A stretch of DNA of 64,000 bases from positions 448,001-512,000 of the forward strand of contig CP122380.1 of assembly GCA_024650005.2 (NCBI GenBank), given 5' to 3'. The notes under the pieces were generated by a model that saw nothing but the letters and a program-made list of their open reading frames with translations, was not told where the DNA came from and did no database searches. Below, in pieces: positions 9,173 to 19,049 of the stretch. The stretch comes from Candidatus Bathyarchaeum tardum. GTDB lineage: Archaea; Thermoproteota; Bathyarchaeia; Bathyarchaeales; Bathyarchaeaceae. The position numbers were made by a program, and so were the translations under genes. Positions within the stretch are counted from its first letter, which is position 1; each line of letters starts with the position of its first letter.

Positions 9173-10267
9173 TTACTTTGTTTTCTTTGAACCGTCACCT
9201 TTTGGTTGGTAAAGGCACGCAGGGTCTGAACCAAAGTAAGAGCCAGTTAATGCGTGAGCTCGGGTTCTGCATCCGCCACACACGTTTCGCAGATCACAGA
9301 TCCCACATTTGCCTTCCAAATTGTCCGGGTTTTGCAATGTTTGATAAAATTCAGAGTTTTGCATCTTGTCCCAAAGTTCAGTTAGGGTGTTTTCTTTGAT
9401 GTTTCCAATTTTTAGGTCTTCATCATAGAAACACGGGATAACGTCTCCATTTTCTAGTACACTTAGGTATCCGCCAAACAAGAAGTAAATACATTTGGCT
9501 GTGTGGGTTTCTTTGTTGACCCATTCGCAGAAGCCTTCGGGATCTCTGTCTCGGACTACTCGGATGTAATGAGGACAGTGGATGTTAAAATCAAATTTGA
9601 CTTTGTATTCTTTTTTGGTCAAATCATACACGTGATTCAAAAACATGTCATACTGTTCTGGTGTGGGTTCCAAATTTATTTGATGTTTAGCCCTTCCCGT
9701 TGGAACCAAATGATTAAACCAAACAAACTGGGCATGATATTTTTCTGCTAACTCAACTATGTGATCTGCTTCATTGAGGTTGCGGTTTGTTATGGCCATG
9801 GATAACCCGTTCAAAATTCCTTTTTCTGACAACTTTTGAATCGCAGACACAGCAGCCTTGTAGGAACCTTTCCCTCGTAGGGAATCGTTTGCTTCTTCTG
9901 AGCCATCGATGCTGACGGAAGTGTAAACGTTATATTTGGCTAGTTTTTCTAGAATTTCTCCGTCTACATAATATCCGTTGGTCAATAAATTAACTTCAAG
10001 ACCTAACTCTTTAGCGTGGGCGATAAGGATAAAAAGGTCTTTTCTCACAAGGGGTTCGCCTCCTTTTATTCCGAACCATTGGGAACCAAATTCTGCAATT
10101 TGGTCAACCAAACGCAGTCCCCATTCTGTGTCTAACTCGTTGGGGGTGGGTTCACAGTTTGCGTCCACGTTACAATATACGCAATTGTAATTACACGCGC
10201 CAGTGGCTCTCCAAGAAGTAATCATCAGAGGACCCTGAAGTTTTTTCGGGGGACCAGGACATGCCAT
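9173..10267 (-). CDS. Radical SAM/SPASM protein (NirJ/AhbC/AhbD-like architecture)
   Basis: CNYNCVYC, GGEPL, LTNG; SPASM GDVIPC..GKCGICDLRNVCGGCRTRA..DPAC. Confidence 0.88.
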   Translation of the reverse strand: MACPGPPKKLQGPLMITSWRATGACNYNCVYCNVDANCEPTPNELDTEWGLRLVDQIAEFGSQWFGIKGGEPLVRKDLFILIAHAKELGLEVNLLTNGYYVDGEILEKLAKYNVYTSVSIDGSEEANDSLRGKGSYKAAVSAIQKLSEKGILNGLSMAITNRNLNEADHIVELAEKYHAQFVWFNHLVPTGRAKHQINLEPTPEQYDMFLNHVYDLTKKEYKVKFDFNIHCPHYIRVVRDRDPEGFCEWVNKETHTAKCIYFLFGGYLSVLENGDVIPCFYDEDLKIGNIKENTLTELWDKMQNSEFYQTLQNPDNLEGKCGICDLRNVCGGCRTRAHALTGSYFGSDPACLYQPKGDGSKKTK

Positions 10268-10470
10268 TTTGAACCAAATCCAGCCAAATTGATAAGTTGT
10301 TAGTATAGTTACAATTTAAAAACAATTCCGTTTTCCCCAGAATCACTACTGAACTCTCTAGTTGGATTATTTCTCGTTGTAACTGTTCTGTACTTTTGGT
10401 TTTGTAGATAAAAGTTATTATTTGTCTAATTTCATGTGTGCTATACTAATCCAACGGAGATCGTTATTGC

Positions 10471-11817
10471 ATGATTTTGTTGATGACAACCGCTCCGCCT
10501 GAAGACTCCCCGTGGGGTCTGGGTAGACGTTATCCACCGCTGGGTTTAGCTTACGTTGCTGGGTCTCTTGAACAGGCAGGATATGGAGTTCAAGTAATTG
10601 ATAACTATCTTTTGAAAAAATCAATCAACGATATCAAACAAGAAGTCAAACGCCTAAACCCCAAAATAGTTGGAATGACCTGCGGCTCAGTAACCTATGG
10701 GAAATGTGTTGAAACCGCTAAAGCAGTAAAGGAAGTTCTTCCCAACTGCAAGGTTGTTGTGGGTGGTTGGCATCCTTCATATTTGCCTGAAAGCATGCTC
10801 GAGCACCCTGAAATTGACTATGCGGTCATAGGTGAGGGCGAACGTGCAATCGTGGAGCTAGCAAATACTATTACTTCAGGTAAGGAAGATTCTGAAGTAC
10901 CCCAAATTTCTGGTGTTGCTTACCGTAAAGGCAGCCAAATTGTAAAAAACCCTCAAACTTTAATTGAAGATTTAGACACTGTGCCCTTTCCTGCTCGCCA
11001 TTTGTTGCCTATGGACCTTTACATGCGAAAGATGGAGTACCTAACTGTTGAACCCGTGGATAACATGAACGTAATCCGCGGTTGCCCTTACAACTGCGCC
11101 TTTTGTGAAACAAAAAAAATCTGGACCTCAAAATGCCGAGCCTTTAGTCCACCTAGAGTTGTAGCTGAACTAAACCATATGATAGAAAAATACGGCACAA
11201 AGGGCATCTACTTTGTTGGTGACAATTTTACCATCAACAAAAAAAGAACCATAGAACTGTGCAAAGAAATCAAAAAAGCAAAACTGGACTTACAATGGGT
11301 TTGTGATACTCGAGTTGATTTGGTTTCCAGGGAAATGCTCCAAGAAATGAAATCTGCAGGGTGCAAAACAATATGGTTTGGTGTAGAATCGGGTGCGCCT
11401 CATATTCTTAAAAAAATCAACAAACAGATTACTATTCAACAAGCTGTTGATGCCTTCAAGCTTTGTAACCAAGTAGGCATCCGAACTGCCAGTTCCTTTA
11501 TGATTGGCTTGCCCGGAGAAACAGTTGCAGACATGCATACCACCTACATGTTTGCCCGAAAATTAGATCCTGATTATGCCCGTTTTCACATCTTTATCGG
11601 ATACCCCGGAAGTAGCATGTATGACGAAATCATGGCTAACGGCTGGTACGAACGGGTAGAAGATTATGTAACCTACGTCAAAACCGACCAATTTGATTTT
11701 GAGTTAGTAAAAAATCTCCAACGAGAATTCCACAGGAACTTCAATCGTTCAATCCACCGGATTCTAAAAACAATTCAACGAGACGGGTTCCTAAGCGTCC
11801 TAAAACGCAACATCTGA
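10471..11817 (+). CDS. B12-binding radical SAM protein (paralogue 3)
   Basis: YPPLGLAYVA, GGWHPS, GEGE, RGCPYNCAFC, GVESG. Confidence 0.92.
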   Translation: MILLMTTAPPEDSPWGLGRRYPPLGLAYVAGSLEQAGYGVQVIDNYLLKKSINDIKQEVKRLNPKIVGMTCGSVTYGKCVETAKAVKEVLPNCKVVVGGWHPSYLPESMLEHPEIDYAVIGEGERAIVELANTITSGKEDSEVPQISGVAYRKGSQIVKNPQTLIEDLDTVPFPARHLLPMDLYMRKMEYLTVEPVDNMNVIRGCPYNCAFCETKKIWTSKCRAFSPPRVVAELNHMIEKYGTKGIYFVGDNFTINKKRTIELCKEIKKAKLDLQWVCDTRVDLVSREMLQEMKSAGCKTIWFGVESGAPHILKKINKQITIQQAVDAFKLCNQVGIRTASSFMIGLPGETVADMHTTYMFARKLDPDYARFHIFIGYPGSSMYDEIMANGWYERVEDYVTYVKTDQFDFELVKNLQREFHRNFNRSIHRILKTIQRDGFLSVLKRNI

Positions 11818-11842
11818 ACTTAACAAAAACCTTTCATTCATG

Positions 11843-13330
11843 CTATTTCTTAGGCTTGGGCTTTTTCAATAACGCTTTAGCAATAACCAATGCTTTTTTG
11901 GGGTCTTTCATGAGTTTGAATACTTTACCTGCTGTAATGTTTTGGTTTATGGCGTTTGCCCGTACACATATCTCACATAGTTCCTCTGGTGTGAATTCGG
12001 GGGTTTCAATGAGGGGTTCGGCTCGTGCTAGGGCTTCGTCACTGAATCCGTCCTTTAAGAAATCCCCCTCCACTGCCTGTTTGTAGAGTTCAGTTCCGTA
12101 AATTGGCGTGGCTATGCTGAAATGGAATTTTTCTGCCCCAAGCTTTCTTAGTTTATATGCATATTGTATGGTTTGTTCCATGTCTTCTTTTGTTTCGCCG
12201 ATTAGTCCAAGAATGAAAAAAATCGCTGTTTTGATTCCTACTTTTTTAGCTAAAACAACTGCTTTTTCAACATCTTCAAGTTTCATGTTCTTTCCAATAA
12301 TATCCGTAACAACCCGTTGAACCCCCGATTCAGGAGCAAAACGAATTCCCTTGCAGCCTGAACGCTTCATTTTTCTTAACAGTTGTTCATCAAGGGTGTC
12401 TGCCCTAACTCCGGTTGGAACAAACCAGTTTATGTTCAGGTTCCTTTCTACTATCAGGTCACAGATTTTTTCTGCCCTTTTCTTAATTAAGGTCATATTA
12501 TCATCAAAAAAATCAATCTGTTTTATTTGGTATGTTTTTACTAGCTGTTCTATCTCGTCAACAACACTTTCGGGGTTTCTGCCCCGCCATTTTTTGCCCA
12601 TGACAATATGATTAGAACAAAACACACAATTATGCGGGCAACCTCGACTGGTTAACATTATGGCGTAATGGTCACGGATAACCCCCCGAATTGGGTTCTC
12701 TTTTACTGCCTCAAAATATGTCTTCATAGGCAACAAATGCCTTGCAGGAAAAGGCAAGGCATCCAGGTCTTCGATTTCTGGTCGAGTCCCAGTAATAACC
12801 AATTTTCCATTTTCTTTAAACCCGATTCCCTTAATATCCTTCAACCTGTCTGTTGTTGCGTCCTTTTCTAAGGCATTAACCAACTCAAGAGTGCTGTATT
12901 CTGGTTCCCCGCGAACAACAAAGTCCACATCGGGATTCGACAAGCACTCCACAGGTCTGGCAGAAGGGTGCAATCCATCTAAAACTGTGGTTATGTCTTT
13001 ATCCACGTTTTTTATTACTGACGCAACTTCAAATGCAGCTTTAGACCAACCCGAAAACGGGATGCTTACTCCAGCAATGTCCGGAGAAAACTGTTTAATT
13101 TTTTCTGCAATTTGTTCGTTTGTTAATCCTACCTTAGAATTTGTTTCATCTATGTCCACAGAATTTCTCCAGCCTTCTGTGGGCGCATCTATGATTATTA
13201 CTTCATGCTGTTTTTCTAAAACTGCTGCTACGTAAGCAATGGACAACGGTTGATATACAGTTGGTTGTCCCCAAACTTTTGGGTGAATACGGGGCGGATT
13301 AATCAAACAAACACGCATTTTGTTAATCAC
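11843..13330 (-). CDS. B12-binding radical SAM protein (paralogue 4)
   Basis: LINPP, PLSIAYVAA, GLHPS, RGEPE, SRGCPHNCVFC, APESG. Confidence 0.92.
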   Translation of the reverse strand: MINKMRVCLINPPRIHPKVWGQPTVYQPLSIAYVAAVLEKQHEVIIIDAPTEGWRNSVDIDETNSKVGLTNEQIAEKIKQFSPDIAGVSIPFSGWSKAAFEVASVIKNVDKDITTVLDGLHPSARPVECLSNPDVDFVVRGEPEYSTLELVNALEKDATTDRLKDIKGIGFKENGKLVITGTRPEIEDLDALPFPARHLLPMKTYFEAVKENPIRGVIRDHYAIMLTSRGCPHNCVFCSNHIVMGKKWRGRNPESVVDEIEQLVKTYQIKQIDFFDDNMTLIKKRAEKICDLIVERNLNINWFVPTGVRADTLDEQLLRKMKRSGCKGIRFAPESGVQRVVTDIIGKNMKLEDVEKAVVLAKKVGIKTAIFFILGLIGETKEDMEQTIQYAYKLRKLGAEKFHFSIATPIYGTELYKQAVEGDFLKDGFSDEALARAEPLIETPEFTPEELCEICVRANAINQNITAGKVFKLMKDPKKALVIAKALLKKPKPKK

Positions 13331-13539
13331 TACTTACGGCACTCAAATTTTCATGGTACACAGTTTGTGTTTCAATGGAAACTGAATAATAGTGGCTATC
13401 TGTTTGAAACCTAAAAACGTTTGGAACCTTCCATCCGGTTTACTGACCCTTTTTACTGTTGGAGTTTTGCCACGTTTTATACATATAACTACAGCGACTG
13501 AAAAAACTATCTTGTTTTGTTAACGGAGTGTGTAAAGGC

Positions 13540-13549
13540 TATTAAGCAT
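13540..13549 (+). promoter_or_regulatory. Putative TATA-type element TATTAAGCAT upstream of paralogue 5
   Basis: Identical 10-mer at 17455-17464; starts 56 and 54 nt before the two ATGs. Confidence 0.45.
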
Positions 13550-13595
13550 GTATACTGCTTGTATGTCTGTAACTTAAAAACTTCAGGCGAGAATA

Positions 13596-14990
13596 ATGCG
13601 TCCTCGAGTGACTCTTGTTAATCCCCCTTACCCCCTTGGTCCTCATAAGCACATGCCTTTCCCACAACTGGGTTTAGGCTACCTCGCAGCAGTTCTAGAA
13701 AAAAACGGTTATGAAGTTGATGTTATTGATTGTCAGGCATTGTACATTCATTATGAAGAATACAAAAAAGAAATCAGCAAGCGCAAACCTGATCTTGTTG
13801 GGTTCACTTCGATTACTTTAACCTACAAATCTGCGTTACACCTCGCAAAATTAACCAAAGAGAGTCACCCAAATTGTGTAACTGTTCTAGGTGGACCCCA
13901 CGCCACCTTTTGGCACCAAGAAGCTTTACAAGAGTGCCCTGACCTTGATGTGGTTGTCCGCAAAGAAGGGGAATACACCTTACTGGAACTGGTTCAACGA
14001 CTTGAATCCGGAAAAAATTTTGATGGTGTCCAAGGAATAACCTACCGAAAAGACGGAAAAATAGTAGTAAACCCCGACAGACCTTACATCGAAGACCTAG
14101 ACAGTTTGCCTTATCCTGCTCGACATCTTTGGCCAATAGCAAAACTTCGAAAAGTAGAAGACGTTTTTTACATGACAACAAGCCGCGGTTGCACCTCATG
14201 GTGCGATTTTTGTCAAGCAGTCCGAATGTTTGGTCGCCGATACCGAATGAGAAGTCCTACCGGCATCGTGGACGAACTTGAGTACCTAAACAAAACCTAC
14301 AATGCAACCCAGTTTACCTTCTGTGATGACGCCTTCACAATAGATCCTGCAAGAATTGAAAAATTATGTCAAGAAATAATGGATCGAAACCTGAAAATAA
14401 TATGGAATTGTGGAACCCGTGTCGATAAAGTAACAAAAGAATTGCTTATCAAAATGAAAGAAGCAGGCTGCGTTTCAGTATGGTTTGGAGTTGAATCTGG
14501 CTCCCAAGATGTTCTGAACGAGATGCATAAAGACATTTCAACTGCTCAAACCCTCAGGGCAGTAGGTTGGGTACAGGAACTTGGGTTGCAGCCTGTCCCG
14601 AACGTTCTTCTTGGGTTCCCTGGTGAAACCAAAGAAACTGCCTGGAAAACAATTAGATTTGTTCAAAAACTGTGCCCAAATAACATAGCATTTTTCAACG
14701 TCACGACCCCTCTTCCTGGAACGCCTCTGTATGATCGCATCAAAGAAAATGGGTGGTTACGAATAACTGACTTCAACGTCTACGATTGCATGACTCCAGT
14801 TTTTGAAACACCTACCTTAAACATGAAAGAACTAGCAGACCTTTACGAACAATCATTCCAAAGTTTCTATTTACGCCCCATGTATATTCTTCGAATGTGG
14901 CGCAGAGGTTGGACATATGGAGTTTCAGCAACACGAAATGCGTTCTTTGCTTTGATTAGTTCACTAAAATCTAGGCTCCGTAATCTGTAG
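13596..14990 (+). CDS. B12-binding radical SAM protein (paralogue 5)
   Basis: LVNPPYP, LGLGYLAA, GGPHATFW, SRGCTSWCDFC, GVESGS. Confidence 0.93.
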   Translation: MRPRVTLVNPPYPLGPHKHMPFPQLGLGYLAAVLEKNGYEVDVIDCQALYIHYEEYKKEISKRKPDLVGFTSITLTYKSALHLAKLTKESHPNCVTVLGGPHATFWHQEALQECPDLDVVVRKEGEYTLLELVQRLESGKNFDGVQGITYRKDGKIVVNPDRPYIEDLDSLPYPARHLWPIAKLRKVEDVFYMTTSRGCTSWCDFCQAVRMFGRRYRMRSPTGIVDELEYLNKTYNATQFTFCDDAFTIDPARIEKLCQEIMDRNLKIIWNCGTRVDKVTKELLIKMKEAGCVSVWFGVESGSQDVLNEMHKDISTAQTLRAVGWVQELGLQPVPNVLLGFPGETKETAWKTIRFVQKLCPNNIAFFNVTTPLPGTPLYDRIKENGWLRITDFNVYDCMTPVFETPTLNMKELADLYEQSFQSFYLRPMYILRMWRRGWTYGVSATRNAFFALISSLKSRLRNL

Positions 14991-15227
14991 CTTTGGGCAC
15001 TTGTTTTTGTGGTTAATTGTTTTTTTGTTTGCGTTTAATAATCTTAAAAGAAGGCTTTTGAATTGGGTCACTGACACTTTTTATTTTTTTTTATGCAATA
15101 AAAATGATATTTTATAATTGGTATTGCATATAATTGTTTATGTGTTGTACGCCATGGTATCTGTCCAAAAGCTTAAATATGAATTTTTTAAGAAAGCTAG
15201 CCCATATAAACATGAGGTTACGAAAAA

Positions 15228-16544
15228 ATGGTAAAAGCTCCAATGACTAAAGATTTGTTAATGCAATACACATTAGTTGCACTATTCGTTATCGCATTTT
15301 TGTCCTATTTCGTATTTGGACTTCAAGCTCTCTTAGTATGCGGAATTGCTGGTGGTGTCGCAGTTCTCTGTGACATGTTGATGGCTAAAGTCATGGGTTC
15401 AAAAGCACCCAAAGACATGATGTCTGCGGCTGTTTTCGGGTTAATTGTTGGTTTATCTTATTCATTAGGAGAACCAATGATGGCTCTGGGAACAGTCTAT
15501 CCAGTTTTAGCTGGTGGACTTGAAATGTATTTGTATCCTGCTTTGATTTCTGCTGTTGGTTTGATTGTATTCAAGAAACTAGCTGGATTAGCTGGACGCA
15601 AATATGTTAACCCTGCTGCAGTTGCAAAACTTCTGGTTTTAGGTTTGCTCTTTTTGCCCATGCTAACTAACGTTAACGTCTTAATCCCTGAAGATCACAC
15701 AATTTCAATAGATTTAACACAGCCTCTAACCGAAGAAGTTTTCTCTAACACTCTGGTCACTTGCTATGGACATCCAACAGATGTTATGACGGAATTAATG
15801 ATGGGGGGATCTTTCCAATTAGATGACGCTGTTTGGACCATGATGTGGGCAAAATACCACGGTTGGATTGGCGGATTCTCAAGCCTATTAGTAATCGGTG
15901 TTGGATTAGGATTATTCTTTGTTTGCCGAGGCTACATCAAATGGCGAATTACTCTGTCATACTTGCTAGGTACCGCAGTTGTTGCTGCAGTTATGAGTGC
16001 CATGTATGTTGGCGCTGCTCCAATGATGAACGACATGATTCTAAGAATAGTGTTCCACCTGTTTATGGGCAGTTCAATATTCTTAGCGTTCTTCATGGCA
16101 ACTGATCCTGCAACCACGCCAATGACACACACAGGACAACTCATATTCGGTGTTGGCTTAGCAGTACTAACAATCGTGATTCAAACCTACACTGGATTTT
16201 TGGGCGGATCTATCCTTGCGTTGGTTATCATGAACTTGACTTGTCCTGTTCTTGATCACATCGGTGCACCAAAAGGAACCAATGAAAGACGTACCGTAAA
16301 ACTACCAAAGGTCAAAAAAGTCGGAAGCCCTGTTACTACCGCTTGTATTCGTTGTGGACAATGTCTAACTGCTTGCCCAATGAACATACCTTCAATATTC
16401 GTCAAAAATGCTGCTGACAAAGGTGACTGGGCAAAAGCAAAGGAACTGGGTGCTGGTTACTGTATTGAATGTGGTCAATGCTCTTTGGTTTGTCCTGCGA
16501 GAATTGATCTGAAAGGTGCAGTAGTTTCTGCTAAAGGCAAATAG
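15228..16544 (+). CDS. RnfD/NqrB-family membrane protein fused to an RnfC-type 2x[4Fe-4S] domain
   Basis: NPAA, GWIGG, IKWRI, FFMATDPATTP, LIMNL; C-terminal CIRCGQCLTACP..CIECGQCSLVCP. Confidence 0.85.
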   Translation: MVKAPMTKDLLMQYTLVALFVIAFLSYFVFGLQALLVCGIAGGVAVLCDMLMAKVMGSKAPKDMMSAAVFGLIVGLSYSLGEPMMALGTVYPVLAGGLEMYLYPALISAVGLIVFKKLAGLAGRKYVNPAAVAKLLVLGLLFLPMLTNVNVLIPEDHTISIDLTQPLTEEVFSNTLVTCYGHPTDVMTELMMGGSFQLDDAVWTMMWAKYHGWIGGFSSLLVIGVGLGLFFVCRGYIKWRITLSYLLGTAVVAAVMSAMYVGAAPMMNDMILRIVFHLFMGSSIFLAFFMATDPATTPMTHTGQLIFGVGLAVLTIVIQTYTGFLGGSILALVIMNLTCPVLDHIGAPKGTNERRTVKLPKVKKVGSPVTTACIRCGQCLTACPMNIPSIFVKNAADKGDWAKAKELGAGYCIECGQCSLVCPARIDLKGAVVSAKGK

Positions 16545-16567
16545 TTAACTAAACTAACTATCCAAAA

Positions 16568-16612
16568 GTGTGCGCGTTTTTTGGTGCACACATTGTTTTT
16601 TTTTTTTATTTT
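16568..16612 (+). terminator. Hairpin plus long T-tract after the RnfD fusion
   Basis: GTGTGCGC/GTGCACAC stem (one G-U) then T run. Confidence 0.55.
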
Positions 16613-16735
16613 TTGATATTTTAGACTGATTTTAACATAAACTGAGTGTTTAGTTATATTTGTGGCGTGCCGGTTGCGCAAAATATAAATGTATAATGAT
16701 AGTAAAGTGGAAAAAAGAAAAGGAGTAAACAAAAA

Positions 16736-17368
16736 ATGGCAAGCTGGACTGATTGGAAACTAAGCGATATCCTTTGGGGTATCTTTATACCTGTTATTGT
16801 TGCATTCTTGATTATAATATTCCCGACAGAACTTGCAAACATCCTTGCAGAAGTTGATCCCTCTTTATCACTAAACGCTATTTTCGTTGATGGTCTTGGA
16901 CAAGCAATTCTGACTGTAGCCATTCCATTGTTCGCTGGATTAATCTGGAACCAATGGGCTGGTGGCGGTGCAGGATTCCTTCTTGGAAGCATTTATGCAC
17001 TCTTCGTTAACGACGTATATTCAGTAATGGCCGCTACGATGGGAATTGGTATATCTGGTATGGGCATGGTTGGAGACATTAGCACTCTTGGTTACGTAGT
17101 ATCTGCAATGCTTGTAGGATACATGGCTGGAGCATTAAACAAAGGTTCTTACAGCTTCCGGAGAATGGTTGTAGCTGCAATGATTGCTGCATTTGTTGCT
17201 GCGGGCTTTGAGCTGTGGACTGGATTAATTTCGCCCCTTGGCATGGTAACTGATCCACTATATTCTGGTGCACTGATTGTACTACCTAAGGTCATCTACG
17301 CAGTCATTATACCAATATTCGTTACACTCTTCGGCTGGTTTGGTATAAGTCCCAAACAGATGATGTAA
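16736..17368 (+). CDS. Gly-rich multi-pass membrane protein, possibly ECF S-component-like
   Basis: 210 aa, about 5-6 hydrophobic segments, AGLIWNQWAGGGAGFLLG; AGGAG before ATG; no Cys. Confidence 0.7.
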   Translation: MASWTDWKLSDILWGIFIPVIVAFLIIIFPTELANILAEVDPSLSLNAIFVDGLGQAILTVAIPLFAGLIWNQWAGGGAGFLLGSIYALFVNDVYSVMAATMGIGISGMGMVGDISTLGYVVSAMLVGYMAGALNKGSYSFRRMVVAAMIAAFVAAGFELWTGLISPLGMVTDPLYSGALIVLPKVIYAVIIPIFVTLFGWFGISPKQMM

Positions 17369-17416
17369 TACAGTGTGAAAATACTGTATTTCATCCATCT
17401 TTCTTTTCTTTTTTTA
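17367..17416 (+). terminator. 10-bp stem with GAAA tetraloop followed by pyrimidine/T tract
   Basis: AATACAGTGT-GAAA-ATACTGTATT then TTTCTTTTCTTTTTTT. Confidence 0.6.
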
Positions 17417-17508
17417 ATGTTAATTTTTTAGAATATCTGCTTTTGTGCAAAACATATTAAGCATATCACAGTTTAGTTTTTGGCGTATACTTTCGTCAGG
17501 GAATTATT

Positions 17509-18900
17509 ATGAAACCACATGTGACTCTTGTCAATCCCCCATATCCAAGTAATGCACATCAGCATCCCCCTTTTACTCCTTTGGGTCTTGGTTATCTGGC
17601 TGCTGTCTTGGAAAAAAACAATTATGTAGTTGACGTTATCGATTGCCAAGCTCTTGGTATATCTTATGCAGAATTCAAAACTGAACTTGCTAAAAGAAAA
17701 CCTGATATCATCGGAATGACATCTACCACTTTAACCTACAAATCTGCGTTGAAAATCGCTGAAATTGCTAAACAAATACATCCAAACTGTTTGACCATTT
17801 TGGGAGGATGTCATGTTACTTTTTGGGATGAAAATGCACTGAAAGAGTGTCCATCATTGGATGTTGTTGTTCGAAAAGAAGGTGAAAACACAATATTGGA
17901 ACTAGTTCAACGAATGGATGCTGGCAAGTCATTTAGTGACATCTTAGGTATAACATGCCGAGATGGTGACACCTTTATTCGTAACCCTGATCGACCTTAT
18001 ATTGAAGACCTTGACAGTTTGCCTTTTCCTGCTCATCATTTGTGGCCTCTTGATCATTTAAAAAAATATGGCAATGTAATATTTCCCTTGATGACCAGCC
18101 GTGGCTGTGTATACTGGTGTGAATTTTGTTCTGCTGTACGAATGTTTGGCAGAAGATACCGCATGAGAAGTGCAAAAAACGTTGTTGATGAAATGGAATA
18201 TCTTCACAAAACTTATGGCTCAAGTACTTTCACTTTCTATGATGACGCTTTCACTGTTGACCAAGTCCGTGTTGAAGAAATATGTAAAGAGTTGTATGCC
18301 CGAAATCTTAAGTTAACTTGGGATTGTGGGACTCGTGTTGACATGGTTAACAAAGAACTGCTTCAAAAAATGAAAAATGCAGGATGTATTGCTGTTTGGT
18401 TTGGTGTTGAAGCTGGTTCCCAACGTGTCTTAGATGAAATGGGCAAAGGATTTACTTCACAACTTACAAAGGACGCTTTCAAAATGGCTCAAGATATTGG
18501 GTTAATGACTATTGCAAGCGTTGTTTTTGGTTTTCCTGGTGAAACCAAAGAAACTGCTATGGAAACCATCAAGTTCATTGAAGAAATCAATCCCGATGAC
18601 GTCGGATATTACATTGCTACGCCTTATCCTGGTACTCCAATGGCTGATTATGTAACAAAGATGGGTTGGGTGAAAGTAACGGACTTTAATAAATACGATA
18701 CAGCTACGCCAATCTTTGAGTTACCTACATTGAGTATGCAAGATGTGCGCGAAATCCGTGAAAAGGCTTTTCACAGATTCTATATTCGACCAACGTACAT
18801 TATTCGAATGTTTGCTAAAGGTGGAACATACGGTTATTCTGCAACAAAAACAGCTCTTGCACATCTTCTCAGGGCAACTAAGTCCAAAATTCACAAATAA
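17509..18900 (+). CDS. B12-binding radical SAM protein (paralogue 6, closest to paralogue 1)
   Basis: HQHPPFTPLGLGYLAA, GGCHVTFW, SRGCVYWCEFC, GVEAGS. Confidence 0.93.
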   Translation: MKPHVTLVNPPYPSNAHQHPPFTPLGLGYLAAVLEKNNYVVDVIDCQALGISYAEFKTELAKRKPDIIGMTSTTLTYKSALKIAEIAKQIHPNCLTILGGCHVTFWDENALKECPSLDVVVRKEGENTILELVQRMDAGKSFSDILGITCRDGDTFIRNPDRPYIEDLDSLPFPAHHLWPLDHLKKYGNVIFPLMTSRGCVYWCEFCSAVRMFGRRYRMRSAKNVVDEMEYLHKTYGSSTFTFYDDAFTVDQVRVEEICKELYARNLKLTWDCGTRVDMVNKELLQKMKNAGCIAVWFGVEAGSQRVLDEMGKGFTSQLTKDAFKMAQDIGLMTIASVVFGFPGETKETAMETIKFIEEINPDDVGYYIATPYPGTPMADYVTKMGWVKVTDFNKYDTATPIFELPTLSMQDVREIREKAFHRFYIRPTYIIRMFAKGGTYGYSATKTALAHLLRATKSKIHK

Positions 18901-19049
18901 TCATTCAATCCTTTTTTCATGGGCTTAGTGTCTTCTATTTTTGATTTTATGATTGGGTGAGTTTTTTCTTTTTTGTTTTAAAATTAATTAGCATCTACTT
19001 GTGTTAATTCATGTTAATGTAATGCCCATATTTTGGAGGTTAGCAAAGT

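Noticed and set aside
16542-16620. Amber read-through after the RnfD fusion
   Set aside because: Downstream is a hairpin and T-tract, not coding-like; no pyl genes in window
16736-17368. RnfA/RnfE call next to RnfD
   Set aside because: No Cys at all, so the FeS-binding motifs are absent
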